Positions 12,594 to 22,516 of a DNA stretch of 64,000 nt are shown one piece after another. The first letter of the stretch is position 1. Each line of letters starts with the position of its first letter. Source of the DNA: an uncultured Planctomycetales bacterium (GTDB lineage: Bacteria; Omnitrophota; Gorgyraeia; Zapsychrales; JANLHA01); the NCBI GenBank assembly GCA_964489065.1, contig CAZAXH010000002.1, positions 120,099 through 184,098 on the forward strand. The letters run 5' to 3'. The notes under the pieces are model-generated. The model was not told the DNA's origin and did not search any database. It was given only the letters and a program-made list of their open reading frames with translations. The position numbers were made by a program, and so were the translations under genes.

Positions 12594-14054
12594 TTGAGCC
12601 TGAGGACAGCGATGAGCTTATTTATTTACAATTCTTTAACTAAAAAGAAGGAGCCGTTTGTCCCTCTCGAGGGGAAGACGGTGACGATGTATTCCTGCGG
12701 GGTGACGGTTTATGATAAGTGCCACATCGGGCACGCGCGCAGCCTTTATATTTTTGACGTGATCCGCCGGTATCTGAAGTACCGAGGGTATGCTGTCACG
12801 TTTGTCCGCAATATCACGGACATTGACGACAAGATCATAAATAAAGCCAGAGAACTTGGTGTTGAAAGCCGGGAGGTTTCGGAGGAAAACAGCCGTTTAT
12901 ATTACCGGGACATGGATTCTTTGGGCGTGGGCAAAGCCGACATCGAGCCCAGGGCGACGGAGAATATCCCGGACATGATCCAGCACATCCAGGGACTTAT
13001 CAAGGCCGGCGTCGCTTATGAAGCCGAAGGCGATGTGTATTTTTCCGTGCGTAAATTTCCTGATTACGGGAAACTGTCCGGGCAAAGCATCGAGAAAATG
13101 CTGGAGGGCGTCCGGATCGAGAGCGGCGAGAAGAAACAGGACCCGCTGGATTTCGCGTTATGGAAGCAGTCCAAAGAAGGCGAGCCGTCGTGGCCCAGCC
13201 CCTGGGGGCCCGGCCGGCCGGGCTGGCATATTGAATGTTCCTGCATGAGTCTGAAACATCTACACTGCGAAACGCTCGATATTCACGCCGGGGGAAGGGA
13301 CCTGATTTTTCCTCATCATGAAAACGAGATTGCGCAGGCCGAAGCCCTGACCCGCAAGATGTTCGCGAAGTACTGGATCCATCACGGGCTGATCACGATC
13401 AACGGCCAGAAAATGTCGAAGTCGCTAGGAAATTTTATCACGGTTGAGGATGCGGTGAAGCGTTTCGGGCCCGACGACCTGAAGCTGTTTTTTCTCACCT
13501 CGCATTATTCCAGCCCGATCGATTTTTCCGAGGAAAAGATTCCGGAAGCGCATAAAGCGCGGCAGCGGTTCGCGGTTTTGGTTCAGGAGGCGGCCCGTCT
13601 GGAGGAAGGGGCGACGGACCGGATTGAGCCGCACGACGGCGCCCGGGCCGTTATTGACCGCGCGCAGGCCGCGTTTATCGAGGCCATGGACGATGATTTC
13701 AACACGCCGAAAGCCCTCGGAGTTTTGTTCGAGCTGGTGACGGATGCGCATAAATATAAGGGGCAGCCGGGTGCGGATTATCTGGTTTGCCAGGCGGCTG
13801 ATATGATTCAGCGGTTATGTGAGGATATTTTCGGGGTGAACGTCTGTTTCCGGCCTGTTTCCAAGGATATTAAGTTCGTGTACAACATCAACGGTCCGGT
13901 TGTCCGGAAAACCATCGATGAGCTCATTCAGGAACGCGAGGCCGCGCGGCGGAACAAGGATTTTAAGCGGTCTGATGAAATCCGCGCTTTATTAAAAGAG
14001 AAGGGGATCATTGTGGAGGACACGCCCCAGGGGCAGCAGTGGAGAAAAGAATGA
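12594..14054 (+). CDS. cysS: cysteinyl-tRNA synthetase
   Basis: Class I HIGH motif (CHIGHARS) and KMSKS motif; 486 aa. An alternative start lies at 12612. Confidence 0.9.
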   Translation: MSLRTAMSLFIYNSLTKKKEPFVPLEGKTVTMYSCGVTVYDKCHIGHARSLYIFDVIRRYLKYRGYAVTFVRNITDIDDKIINKARELGVESREVSEENSRLYYRDMDSLGVGKADIEPRATENIPDMIQHIQGLIKAGVAYEAEGDVYFSVRKFPDYGKLSGQSIEKMLEGVRIESGEKKQDPLDFALWKQSKEGEPSWPSPWGPGRPGWHIECSCMSLKHLHCETLDIHAGGRDLIFPHHENEIAQAEALTRKMFAKYWIHHGLITINGQKMSKSLGNFITVEDAVKRFGPDDLKLFFLTSHYSSPIDFSEEKIPEAHKARQRFAVLVQEAARLEEGATDRIEPHDGARAVIDRAQAAFIEAMDDDFNTPKALGVLFELVTDAHKYKGQPGADYLVCQAADMIQRLCEDIFGVNVCFRPVSKDIKFVYNINGPVVRKTIDELIQEREAARRNKDFKRSDEIRALLKEKGIIVEDTPQGQQWRKE

Positions 14055-14668
14055 AAGGCGTTTTTATCACTTTTGAGGGGTCCGAAGGATCCGGCAAGAG
14101 CACCCAGGCCGCCCTGATATGCAAGTATCTTAAAGACAAAGGCCGTCCGGTCCTTCACCTCCGGGAGCCCGGCGGGGTGAAGATCAGTGAGACCATCCGC
14201 AGGATTTTGCTGGACGTCCGCAACAGCGGGATGACGAAGGAGTGTGAAACATTGCTTTACATGGCCGCCCGCGCCCAGCTCGTTGAGGAGAAAGTCCTGC
14301 CTGCGCTGAAGCAGGGCCAGGTGGTTCTCTGCGACCGTTTTCTGGATTCCACTGTCGCTTATCAGGGGTATGGAAACGGCGTGGAACTTGATTTTATAAA
14401 AGAGATCGGACGGGCGGTCACGCAGGGGCTGGTCCCGGATATTACGTTTTTATTTGATATTGAAACAGAGAAAGGGCTGGAGCGGACCGGCCAGAATAAA
14501 GACCGTATCGAATTACGGTCTTTAAATTACCATAACCGGGTCCGTAAAGGGTATTTGAGATTGGCACAGGAAGAACCAGACCGGATTAAAATTATCAGGG
14601 TTAATAAATCAAAAGAAGACATTCACGCTTTGGTGAAGAAAGCCGTTGATGCCCTCCTGGGATGGTGA
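14039..14668 (+). CDS. tmk: thymidylate kinase
   Basis: P-loop FITFEGSEGSGKST and the DRF/LID region. May instead start at 14051. Confidence 0.85.
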   Translation: MEKRMKGVFITFEGSEGSGKSTQAALICKYLKDKGRPVLHLREPGGVKISETIRRILLDVRNSGMTKECETLLYMAARAQLVEEKVLPALKQGQVVLCDRFLDSTVAYQGYGNGVELDFIKEIGRAVTQGLVPDITFLFDIETEKGLERTGQNKDRIELRSLNYHNRVRKGYLRLAQEEPDRIKIIRVNKSKEDIHALVKKAVDALLGW

Positions 14669-14695
14669 TCCCAGCTTCCCTTAGTTAATTATATT

Positions 14696-15673
14696 ATGAC
14701 TCTTCAGTCGGCGTTTATAAATCAGGACGTGCTCCAGCGGTTCGCACAGCTTGTGGGCCGCGACCGCCTGGCCCATGCGTATCTTTTTGTCGGGCCGCAG
14801 TACGCGGGAAAGACCCAGACCGCTTTGGGCGTGGCCAAACTCCTGAATTGCGACCATCCGCTTCAGGGTGATGCCGGCTTTTGCGGCGTATGCCCGTCCT
14901 GCCGTAAAACCGACTCCGGGAACCATCCGGATGTGACCCTGATTCAAACTGAAAATTCCCGTGTGATCTCAATCGACCAGATCCGCGGTGTGATTACCTG
15001 CTGTCAGTTACGACCGTTTGAGGGAAAAAAGAAAGTGTATATTATTAAAGAAGCCGAGCGTCTCAGCCTGGAAGGCAGTAATGCTGTTTTGAAGACTTTG
15101 GAAGAGCCGGTGAAGGACAGCGTGTTTATTCTCACGACGGCCGTTCCGGAACGCGTTTTAAGCACCATCAAATCCCGATGTCATAGTGTTTGTTTTTTTC
15201 CGTTAGGACAGGATGCCCTGACGCGGGAATTGAAAGATTCCGTCTGCGGGGACGATGCGTCGGCGCATTTTTATTCGTTTTACAGCGAAGGATGCGCAGG
15301 AAAAGCCCAGTTTCTGCGTGAAGCCGGCTTCCTGTCCCGCAAGAATCAGGTCGTTGATCATATCGTGTTTCAAAGGGATAATGAGCCGTACCTTAAAACA
15401 TTGTTGTCGGACCAGGAAACGACGCAGGAAGCGTTGAATATCCTTCTCAGCTGGTTCCGGGATATTGTGCTCATGAAACAGGGGGTCGGCGCGGAACGGG
15501 TGGCCCATCGGGACAGGATTCCGGAGCTCGTCCGGGCTAAACAACAGTATACAACGGAGCAGTTATTTGCTATTATTGATGAAATTGTTCAAACCAAGCG
15601 GATGCTGTATGAGAACCTGAATGTAAAAATCGCCTTTAATATATTGAGGGATAAGATATGGATCAGATCATAG
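14696..15673 (+). CDS. holB: DNA polymerase III delta-prime subunit
   Basis: AAA+-like GPQYAGKT motif and a zinc-module Cys cluster CGVCPSC. Conserved position after tmk. Confidence 0.8.
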   Translation: MTLQSAFINQDVLQRFAQLVGRDRLAHAYLFVGPQYAGKTQTALGVAKLLNCDHPLQGDAGFCGVCPSCRKTDSGNHPDVTLIQTENSRVISIDQIRGVITCCQLRPFEGKKKVYIIKEAERLSLEGSNAVLKTLEEPVKDSVFILTTAVPERVLSTIKSRCHSVCFFPLGQDALTRELKDSVCGDDASAHFYSFYSEGCAGKAQFLREAGFLSRKNQVVDHIVFQRDNEPYLKTLLSDQETTQEALNILLSWFRDIVLMKQGVGAERVAHRDRIPELVRAKQQYTTEQLFAIIDEIVQTKRMLYENLNVKIAFNILRDKIWIRS

Positions 15674-16464
15674 AGGTGTTATTAGGGGATTTTCGTCCCG
15701 TGTTTTATTTTGACCAGAATAATGTTGAATGCCAGAGGGGCGATCTGATTATCGTGGAAGTGGAGCGAGGGACGGAATTTGGCAAAGTAGTCGGCCTGAT
15801 GGACCCGGAGCCGCCGGATAAGAAGGGCCATAAGAGCGAAACAATTTCCGGGAAAATTGTCCGGAAAGTCACGGAAGGGGACCTTAACCAGATCAAGAAT
15901 AACCGGATTAAAGTTAAGGACGCGATGAACGCGTGCCTGCGCAAGATTAACGAGCAGCATCTTGATATGCAATTGGTCAACGCCGAGTATACATTTGACT
16001 GCAGCAAGATTATTTTCTTTTTCACGGCGGAAGGCCGGGTAGATTTCCGCGGGTTGGTGAAGGACCTGGCGAAAATTTTCCGGGTCCGCATTGAGCTGAA
16101 ACAGATCGGAGTGCGGGATCGGGCTAAAATGGTGGCCGGCTACGGGGTGTGTGGCCGGCAGTTGTGCTGTTCGTCCTATATGCGCTGGTTCCATCCGCTG
16201 TCGATCAAGATGGCCAAGGAGCAGGCCCTGCCTTTAAACCCCTCCCGGATTTCCGGGGTGTGCGGCCGCATTAAATGCTGCATGGCGTACGAGTTTGTTG
16301 TCTACCGGGACCTGGTGAAAAGCCTTCCCCATATCGGCGAGAAGGTGAATACCCCTGAAGGTAAAGGAAAGGTGAAGGACATCAATATCCTGAAACGCAC
16401 GGTTTTTGTGGACCTGGGGGAAGGGAAAGTGACTAAACTCGTCTATTCGAATGACCATGAGTAA
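15658..16464 (+). CDS. PSP1 C-terminal domain protein (RicT/YaaT-like)
   Basis: PSP1 domain with a conserved Cys cluster (CGRQLCC...CGRIKCC). Conserved holB-ricT-metG neighbourhood as in Firmicutes. Confidence 0.7.
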   Translation: MDQIIEVLLGDFRPVFYFDQNNVECQRGDLIIVEVERGTEFGKVVGLMDPEPPDKKGHKSETISGKIVRKVTEGDLNQIKNNRIKVKDAMNACLRKINEQHLDMQLVNAEYTFDCSKIIFFFTAEGRVDFRGLVKDLAKIFRVRIELKQIGVRDRAKMVAGYGVCGRQLCCSSYMRWFHPLSIKMAKEQALPLNPSRISGVCGRIKCCMAYEFVVYRDLVKSLPHIGEKVNTPEGKGKVKDINILKRTVFVDLGEGKVTKLVYSNDHE

Positions 16465-17959
16465 ATACTATCTGACAACGCCTATTTATTATGTGAATGA
16501 TAAGCCGCACATCGGGCATGCCTACACAACCATCCTGGCGGATGTGTTGGCGCGTTTTCACCGGGCAGAGGGCCAGGACGTATTTTTTTTGACGGGACTA
16601 GATGAGCATGGTCAGAAAGTCCAGCAGGCGGCGGAAGCCCGCGGCCTGGCGCCGCAGGAGCATTGCGATGATCTGGCGCCGCGGTTTATTCAGTTATGGG
16701 ACAAACTGGAAATATGTTATGACGACTTTATCCGCACGACGGAGGCCAGGCATATCCGTGTTGTCCAGGGTGTGCTGCAAAAGGTTTACGACGCCGGCGA
16801 TATTTATATGGATGAATACGAAGGATGGTATTCCGTTTCCGAAGAGAGGTTTATCACCGAGACGGAAAAAGATTCCGGCGCTTTCCGGGACATCAGAACG
16901 CTGAAGGAACGCAATTGGTTTTTCCGGATGAGTAAGTACCAGTCGAGACTGGTGGATCACATTATGGCCCACCCGGATTTTATCCGGCCGGAATCCCGCC
17001 GGAACGAGATCCTGGGGTTCCTCCGGCAGCCTCTGGGGGACCTGTGCATTTCCCGGCCGAAAACCCGGTTAAGCTGGGGCATCGAACTGCCCTTTGACAA
17101 AGATTACGTGACGTATGTCTGGTTTGACGCGCTTTTGAATTATATCACCGCCCCCGGCTACGGGGAGGACGCATCCGGCCGGTTCCGGTCCTGGTGGCCG
17201 GCGGACCTGCATCTGCTCGGCAAAGATATTATTACCACGCACGCGGTGTACTGGACGACCATGCTGTTTGCCCTCGGCTTGGAGTTGCCCCGGACGATCC
17301 TGGCGCACGGGTGGTGGCTCACCGGCGAGGTCAAAATGAGCAAGTCCCTGGGGAACATCGTGAACCCGTTGGAGCTGGTGGAAACGTACGGGGTTGACGC
17401 GGTGCGGTATTATTTAATGCGGGAAATGGTCTTGGGCCAGGACTCGAATTTTACCGTGGAGTCCTTTATCAAGCGTTATAATAGCGATTTGGCGAATGAT
17501 TTCGGCAATCTCCTTAACCGGGTGAGCGGCCTTTTGGGGAAATATTTTAACCATTGCGTGCCGGCTCCGGGGGCTTTTTCTGCCGAGGACACCGCCGTGC
17601 AGCAGACAGGCGGTGCCCTGCCTGGACGAATCGCGGCTTATGTGGAACAGTTGAGGATTCATGACGCGATCGAAGAGGTCCTGCAACTGGTCCGGCAGGT
17701 TAATAAATATCTGGAATCCTCTGCCCCGTGGAAACTGGCCAAGACCGATTTGGAAAAGGCCGGGACCGTACTTTTCACTGCGACGGAAGCGTTGCGGATC
17801 TGCGCGGTGTTGCTCCAGCCGGTGATGCCGGGTAAATCCGGACAGGTTTTGGATATCCTGGGCGCGCAAGGAAGTGCTCCGGACTGGGGGGGGCTGAAGT
17901 CGGGGACCGAGTTGAAGGCGCATGATGCTTTATTCCCGAGGATAGAGATAAAATCCTAA
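16451..17959 (+). CDS. metG: methionyl-tRNA synthetase (short form, no C-terminal EMAP domain)
   Basis: HIGH motif (PHIGHAYT) and KMSKS; 502 aa. Confidence 0.9.
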   Translation: MTMSKYYLTTPIYYVNDKPHIGHAYTTILADVLARFHRAEGQDVFFLTGLDEHGQKVQQAAEARGLAPQEHCDDLAPRFIQLWDKLEICYDDFIRTTEARHIRVVQGVLQKVYDAGDIYMDEYEGWYSVSEERFITETEKDSGAFRDIRTLKERNWFFRMSKYQSRLVDHIMAHPDFIRPESRRNEILGFLRQPLGDLCISRPKTRLSWGIELPFDKDYVTYVWFDALLNYITAPGYGEDASGRFRSWWPADLHLLGKDIITTHAVYWTTMLFALGLELPRTILAHGWWLTGEVKMSKSLGNIVNPLELVETYGVDAVRYYLMREMVLGQDSNFTVESFIKRYNSDLANDFGNLLNRVSGLLGKYFNHCVPAPGAFSAEDTAVQQTGGALPGRIAAYVEQLRIHDAIEEVLQLVRQVNKYLESSAPWKLAKTDLEKAGTVLFTATEALRICAVLLQPVMPGKSGQVLDILGAQGSAPDWGGLKSGTELKAHDALFPRIEIKS

Positions 17960-17965
17960 TGGCCG

Positions 17966-18060
17966 GGCGGGTCAGGGCGAATAACGTGAATTAGAATCCG
18001 ATTCTTTAATTATTTTATGGAAAATCGGATTTGCTTGAACGGGATTCGCCCTGACCCGTC
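17966..18060. repeat. nested inverted repeat (extended hairpin) in the metG-mtnA intergenic region
   Basis: Outer 15-bp perfect inverted repeat cgggtcagggcgaat / attcgccctgacccg. Inner 9-bp inverted repeat gaatccgatt / aatcggatt around an AT-rich loop. No U-tract follows. Confidence 0.6.
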
Positions 18061-18094
18061 TGGTTGATGTCATATAAAATTAACAGGAATCATT

Positions 18095-19147
18095 ATGGCC
18101 GTCACGACAATCAAATGGATGAAAGACCACATCAAGCTGATCGACCAGACGCGGCTTCCGCAGGAGGTCGTTTATATTGACTGTTATGACCTTAAAACGT
18201 TATGGGACGCGATCCGGCGCTTGAGCGTGCGGGGCGCTCCGGCGCTGGGTGTGGCCGCCGGGTTCGGCGTGATGCTGGGCCTCAAGGGTTTTCAGGGGAC
18301 GCATAAAGATGAATTTGTCCGCCATTTGAAGAAAGTGTGTGATTATATCGCCACGTCACGGCCGACGGCCGTTAATTTGTTCAATGTCCTTGACCGTATG
18401 AAAGCGGTTGTAGAGCATAACCCGGATGCGGGTGTCCCGGAATGGAAGCGGCGGCTGCAGCAGGAAGCGTTCCGGGTCTACGAGGAAGACCGGCAGGTCT
18501 GCCGGTCCATGGGGCGCTGGGGCGCTTCTTTGATCCCGGACGGGCGGAATGTCATGACCATTTGCAACGCCGGGGCTCTGGCCACCGTGGATTACGGGAC
18601 TGCGCTGGGCGTTTTTTATTCGGGCCAGGAACAAGGTAAAAACTTTTCCGTGTACGCGTGCGAAACCCGGCCGCTTTTGCAGGGTGCCCGGTTGACCGCA
18701 TGGGAACTCACAAAGGCCAAAATCGACACCACGCTTATTTGCGATAGCATGGCGGCGACGGTGATGAGGGACAAGCATATCGCGGCGGTTTTTACCGGCG
18801 CGGACCGGATTGCGGCCAATGGGGACACGGCAAACAAGATCGGGACCTACGGCCTAGCGGTCCTGGCGCATCATCATAAAATTCCGTTTTATGTGGTGGC
18901 GCCGCAGTCGACTTTTGATTTGTCTTTGCCCGACGGCCGGCAGATCCCGATCGAAGAACGGGATGCCTCCGAAGTCCGCGGCTTTAACGGCCAGCTTTCG
19001 GCTCCCAGGCACGTGAAGGTTTTCAACCCAGCCTTTGATGTTACCGGGCACCGCTTAATTACCGCCATTATTACCGAGTACGGCATTATCCGGCCGCCTT
19101 TCACGCGCAACATCTCCCGGGTTCTTGGAAAAAAGCCGAAAGGCTGA
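18095..19147 (+). CDS. mtnA: S-methyl-5-thioribose-1-phosphate isomerase (eIF-2B alpha/beta/delta family)
   Basis: 350 aa with family motifs (GAPALGVAAGFG..., TRPLLQGARLTAWEL, GADRIAANGDTANKIGTY). Confidence 0.7.
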   Translation: MAVTTIKWMKDHIKLIDQTRLPQEVVYIDCYDLKTLWDAIRRLSVRGAPALGVAAGFGVMLGLKGFQGTHKDEFVRHLKKVCDYIATSRPTAVNLFNVLDRMKAVVEHNPDAGVPEWKRRLQQEAFRVYEEDRQVCRSMGRWGASLIPDGRNVMTICNAGALATVDYGTALGVFYSGQEQGKNFSVYACETRPLLQGARLTAWELTKAKIDTTLICDSMAATVMRDKHIAAVFTGADRIAANGDTANKIGTYGLAVLAHHHKIPFYVVAPQSTFDLSLPDGRQIPIEERDASEVRGFNGQLSAPRHVKVFNPAFDVTGHRLITAIITEYGIIRPPFTRNISRVLGKKPKG

Positions 19148-19190
19148 CAGGCGTAACCTGGACCGGTTATGAACGGGGAGTTCCTTCCTT

Positions 19191-20102
19191 ATGAAGACCT
19201 TATCAGATATTGGTGAATTTGGCTTTATTGAACGGATTAAACATCGACTGCCGGCGGACACGAGCGTCCTGACTCCGGCCGGGGATGACACGGCTGTCGT
19301 AAAACCCCCTCCCCGGGGACAGCAGCTTTTAATGACCGCGGATATGCTGGTGGAAGGCGTGCATTTTAAGCCCGGGACGTCTCCGGAGTTGATCGGCTGG
19401 AAGGCGTTGGCCTGCAATATCAGTGATATCGCCGCGATGGGGGGAGAGCCGCGCCACGCGCTTGTTTCCGTTGCCATGTCTCCCCGGACAGACGTAGAAG
19501 CGGCGGAACAGCTTTATAAGGGGCTGACCCGATGCGCCAGGGAATTCGGGGTGAATATCGTCGGGGGCGATACCGTCAAAAGCTGCGGGCTGGTCGTTCA
19601 TGTGGCGCTCACCGGAGAGGCCCGCCCGCGGGACGTGGTTCTGCGCAGCGGCGCCGCTGCCGGGGACGTGATTTTTGTGACCGGCCCTTTAGGGCGGGCG
19701 TGGAAGAGCGGCAAGGATTTCCGGTTCCGACCCCGTGTCAGGGAGGCGAGGGCCCTGATTTCAAACGGCCTGAAACCGTCGGCCATGATCGACATATCCG
19801 ACGGCCTGGCCGCGGACCTGGGGCACATCCTGGCCCAGAGCCGCTGCTCTGCCTGTCTGGACGAGTCCCGTATGCCGCTCGCGCGGGGAGCGTCCTTGAA
19901 AGAGGCGCTTTATGACGGGGAAGATTATGAATTGTTGTTTACTTTACCGCAACGGAAAGCGGCCGGGTTACTAAAAATCGACCCCTCCGGCCGGATATAT
20001 TTCCCGGTGGGAAATATCCAGGCCGGGAGACCGGCCGTGTATTTGCAGGACCGTCAAGGCCGGGTCCGCGAAATCGACCGGAAAGGATTTGTTCATTTCT
20101 GA
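19191..20102 (+). CDS. thiL: thiamine-monophosphate kinase
   Basis: AIR-synthase-related fold motifs (GDDTAVV, DMLVEGVHF, GGDT). Confidence 0.8.
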   Translation: MKTLSDIGEFGFIERIKHRLPADTSVLTPAGDDTAVVKPPPRGQQLLMTADMLVEGVHFKPGTSPELIGWKALACNISDIAAMGGEPRHALVSVAMSPRTDVEAAEQLYKGLTRCAREFGVNIVGGDTVKSCGLVVHVALTGEARPRDVVLRSGAAAGDVIFVTGPLGRAWKSGKDFRFRPRVREARALISNGLKPSAMIDISDGLAADLGHILAQSRCSACLDESRMPLARGASLKEALYDGEDYELLFTLPQRKAAGLLKIDPSGRIYFPVGNIQAGRPAVYLQDRQGRVREIDRKGFVHF

Positions 20103-20105
20103 CAT

Positions 20106-20579
20106 ATGGCGTCCTTGACTTTGACAACGCGAACGGCAGAGGAAACCATGGCTTTCGGACAAAAGCTCGGCCGGCGGCTTGTCCCGGGGAACATTGTCTG
20201 TATGTTCGGAGACCTGGGCAGCGGCAAGACCACCTTTGTCCGGGGTGTGGCCAAGGGCCTGGGGGTTAATCCGGATGAGATTCACAGTCCCACATTTGTT
20301 TTGCTCAATGTTTATCGCGGGCGGCTGGCGCTGTATCATTATGATTTTTACCGTCTGGAGAGCCCGGATGAAATCGCCGCGATCGGCTATGACGATTTTC
20401 TTTATGGGAAAGGCGTTTCGTTCATCGAATGGTCGGAACGCTTCGGCCCGCTGATCCCAAAAAATTTTTTGCGCGTCGAGTTTGTTTTTATCGATGAAAT
20501 CCGGCGGCGCATTACGCTTTCTGCGAAAGAGGAAGGGTATGCCCGGCTGATTGAGGATTTAAGGGCGCTGTGTCTATGA
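20106..20579 (+). CDS. tsaE: tRNA t6A37 biosynthesis ATPase TsaE (YjeE)
   Basis: P-loop GDLGSGKTTFVRG; 157 aa. Followed by tsaB. Confidence 0.8.
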   Translation: MASLTLTTRTAEETMAFGQKLGRRLVPGNIVCMFGDLGSGKTTFVRGVAKGLGVNPDEIHSPTFVLLNVYRGRLALYHYDFYRLESPDEIAAIGYDDFLYGKGVSFIEWSERFGPLIPKNFLRVEFVFIDEIRRRITLSAKEEGYARLIEDLRALCL

Positions 20580-21289
20580 ACCATGAATCTTACCTTTTGA
20601 TGGATACCTCGACCAGGAATTTCAGCCTGGCCGTCAGCCGGGCCGGCGCTGTGGTGCGTTTCAGGAATGTCAAGTTGGACAAGGTCTTGTCATCCTCGAT
20701 CATCCCCTGCATAGACCGGCTTCTGAAACAGGCCGGGCTCCGCATGGCGGATATCGGCGGGTTCGGGGTCGGGACAGGGCCGGGGTCGTTCACCAGCCTG
20801 CGGGTCGGGTTAGCCACGGTCAAAGCCTTTTGTTTGGCGTCCGGCAAGCCGGTGGTCGGGGTCCCCAGCCTGGACATTCTGGCGCAAAACGTTTCGGACA
20901 CGGCGGCCCCTTTCATCGCGACTCTGGTTGATGCCCGCCGGGATCTGGTTTACGCGTGCTTGTATCAGGTGCTTCCGGGCGGGCTTAAACGGGTTTGCCC
21001 GTATCTGTTAACAGGGCTGGATGATTTTTTGCCCCAGCTCAAAGGAGAAACCGTTTTTGTGGGCGACGCCCTGCCACTTTATCAGGACCGTATTGAAGCT
21101 TATGCCGGTAAGGGACGCGGCGGCTCGCCGGCGTTGATGTGCCATTGGGCTCCGGAGCGGATGTGGTTCCCCCGGGCCCATAAGATGCTGCCGCTGGTAT
21201 CGGACCGGCTGCTCCGGGGAGAACCGGATGACCCGGACACGCTTGTCCCGTTGTATTTATATCCGGAACATTGTCAAGTGAGGAGGTGA
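20570..21289 (+). CDS. tsaB: tRNA t6A37 biosynthesis protein TsaB (YeaZ, inactive Kae1 paralogue)
   Basis: YeaZ-like N-terminal ASKHA fold (LLMDTSTRNFSLAV, GPGSFTSLRVG). Confidence 0.75.
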   Translation: MSMNHESYLLMDTSTRNFSLAVSRAGAVVRFRNVKLDKVLSSSIIPCIDRLLKQAGLRMADIGGFGVGTGPGSFTSLRVGLATVKAFCLASGKPVVGVPSLDILAQNVSDTAAPFIATLVDARRDLVYACLYQVLPGGLKRVCPYLLTGLDDFLPQLKGETVFVGDALPLYQDRIEAYAGKGRGGSPALMCHWAPERMWFPRAHKMLPLVSDRLLRGEPDDPDTLVPLYLYPEHCQVRR

Positions 21290-21292
21290 GGC

Positions 21293-22474
21293 ATGAGCTC
21301 CCGTAAAATGCACAATTATTTGTCATGGGTGGAAGTGGACTTGAAAGCCATCCGGAATAATTTTAAGCAGATCAGGACGATGGTGCAGGAACGGCAGGTT
21401 GAGCTGCTCCCGTATCCCGTGAAAGGAAGGAAATCCACCCGTTTCCCGGACGTCCTGACGGTCATTAAGGCGGACGCCTACGGCCACGGGATGATTCAGG
21501 TGGCCCAGACGCTGGGCAGGATGAAGGTGAATTTTTTCGCGGTGTCGGATATCCCGGAAGGCGTCCTTTTAAGGAAAAACGGTATCAAGAAAAAGATCTT
21601 GCTTCTGGAAACGTCTCTCCCTTCGCAGGTCAAGGATATCGTGGATTATAATTTGACGCCAACGGTTTGTACGCTGTCTCTGGCGGCGGCTATCAATACT
21701 TACGCCAAGAAAATCGGCCGGACGGTGGATGTGCATATTAAGATCGACACCGGAATGGGCCGCCTCGGGGTCTGGCACCGGGGCGCGGAGGGTTTTATTA
21801 AGGATGTGATGCGGTCTAAGAACCTTGCCGTCAAAGGGCTTTACACTCATTTTCCCCTGGCGGACAGCAATCCGGATTACACAGTCGCGCAAGTGCAGCA
21901 GATGCATGAACTGGTCAAAACTCTTGATCAACAGGGGCTTGTGGTTCCGTATGTTCACGCGGCCAACAGCGCTGGTCTGATTGATTACCAGGCGGTGATT
22001 TTTAACCTTGTCCGTCCCGGGATCATGCTTTACGGGCTTTATTCCGACGCCCGCCTGGCGCGAAAAGTCAAACTGCAGCCGGCGATGAGCGTGAAATCCA
22101 GGATCATTTTCGTGAAAACGATTTTGAAAGGCCAGGGTATCAGTTACGGGCACACGTTTGTCGCTCCGCGCGACCTGGTGGCCGCGGTCCTGCCGATCGG
22201 ATACAGCGACGGGTATTTCCGCAGTTTATCCAATAAATCTTCGGTGCTGGTGGACGGCCTACGCTGCCCCATCCTGGGGAGGGTCACCATGGATCAGATT
22301 GTCGTGGATGTGTCCCAAGTCCCCGGAGTGAAGATCGGTCAGCCGGCGGTGATCCTCGGCAAACAGAAACAGGCGGAGATTACCGCGGATGAACTGGCCG
22401 GGCACGCGGGAACGATCAATTACGAAATTCTCTGCAGCTTAGGCAGCCGGCTCCCGAGGGTGTATAAGCATTAA
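21293..22474 (+). CDS. alr: alanine racemase
   Basis: PLP-lysine motif VIKADAYGHG and a C-terminal beta-domain; 393 aa. Confidence 0.85.
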   Translation: MSSRKMHNYLSWVEVDLKAIRNNFKQIRTMVQERQVELLPYPVKGRKSTRFPDVLTVIKADAYGHGMIQVAQTLGRMKVNFFAVSDIPEGVLLRKNGIKKKILLLETSLPSQVKDIVDYNLTPTVCTLSLAAAINTYAKKIGRTVDVHIKIDTGMGRLGVWHRGAEGFIKDVMRSKNLAVKGLYTHFPLADSNPDYTVAQVQQMHELVKTLDQQGLVVPYVHAANSAGLIDYQAVIFNLVRPGIMLYGLYSDARLARKVKLQPAMSVKSRIIFVKTILKGQGISYGHTFVAPRDLVAAVLPIGYSDGYFRSLSNKSSVLVDGLRCPILGRVTMDQIVVDVSQVPGVKIGQPAVILGKQKQAEITADELAGHAGTINYEILCSLGSRLPRVYKH

Positions 22475-22516
22475 AGGGAGAGGCATCCTGCCGGATCCGA
22501 AGTTATAAAGGATATT

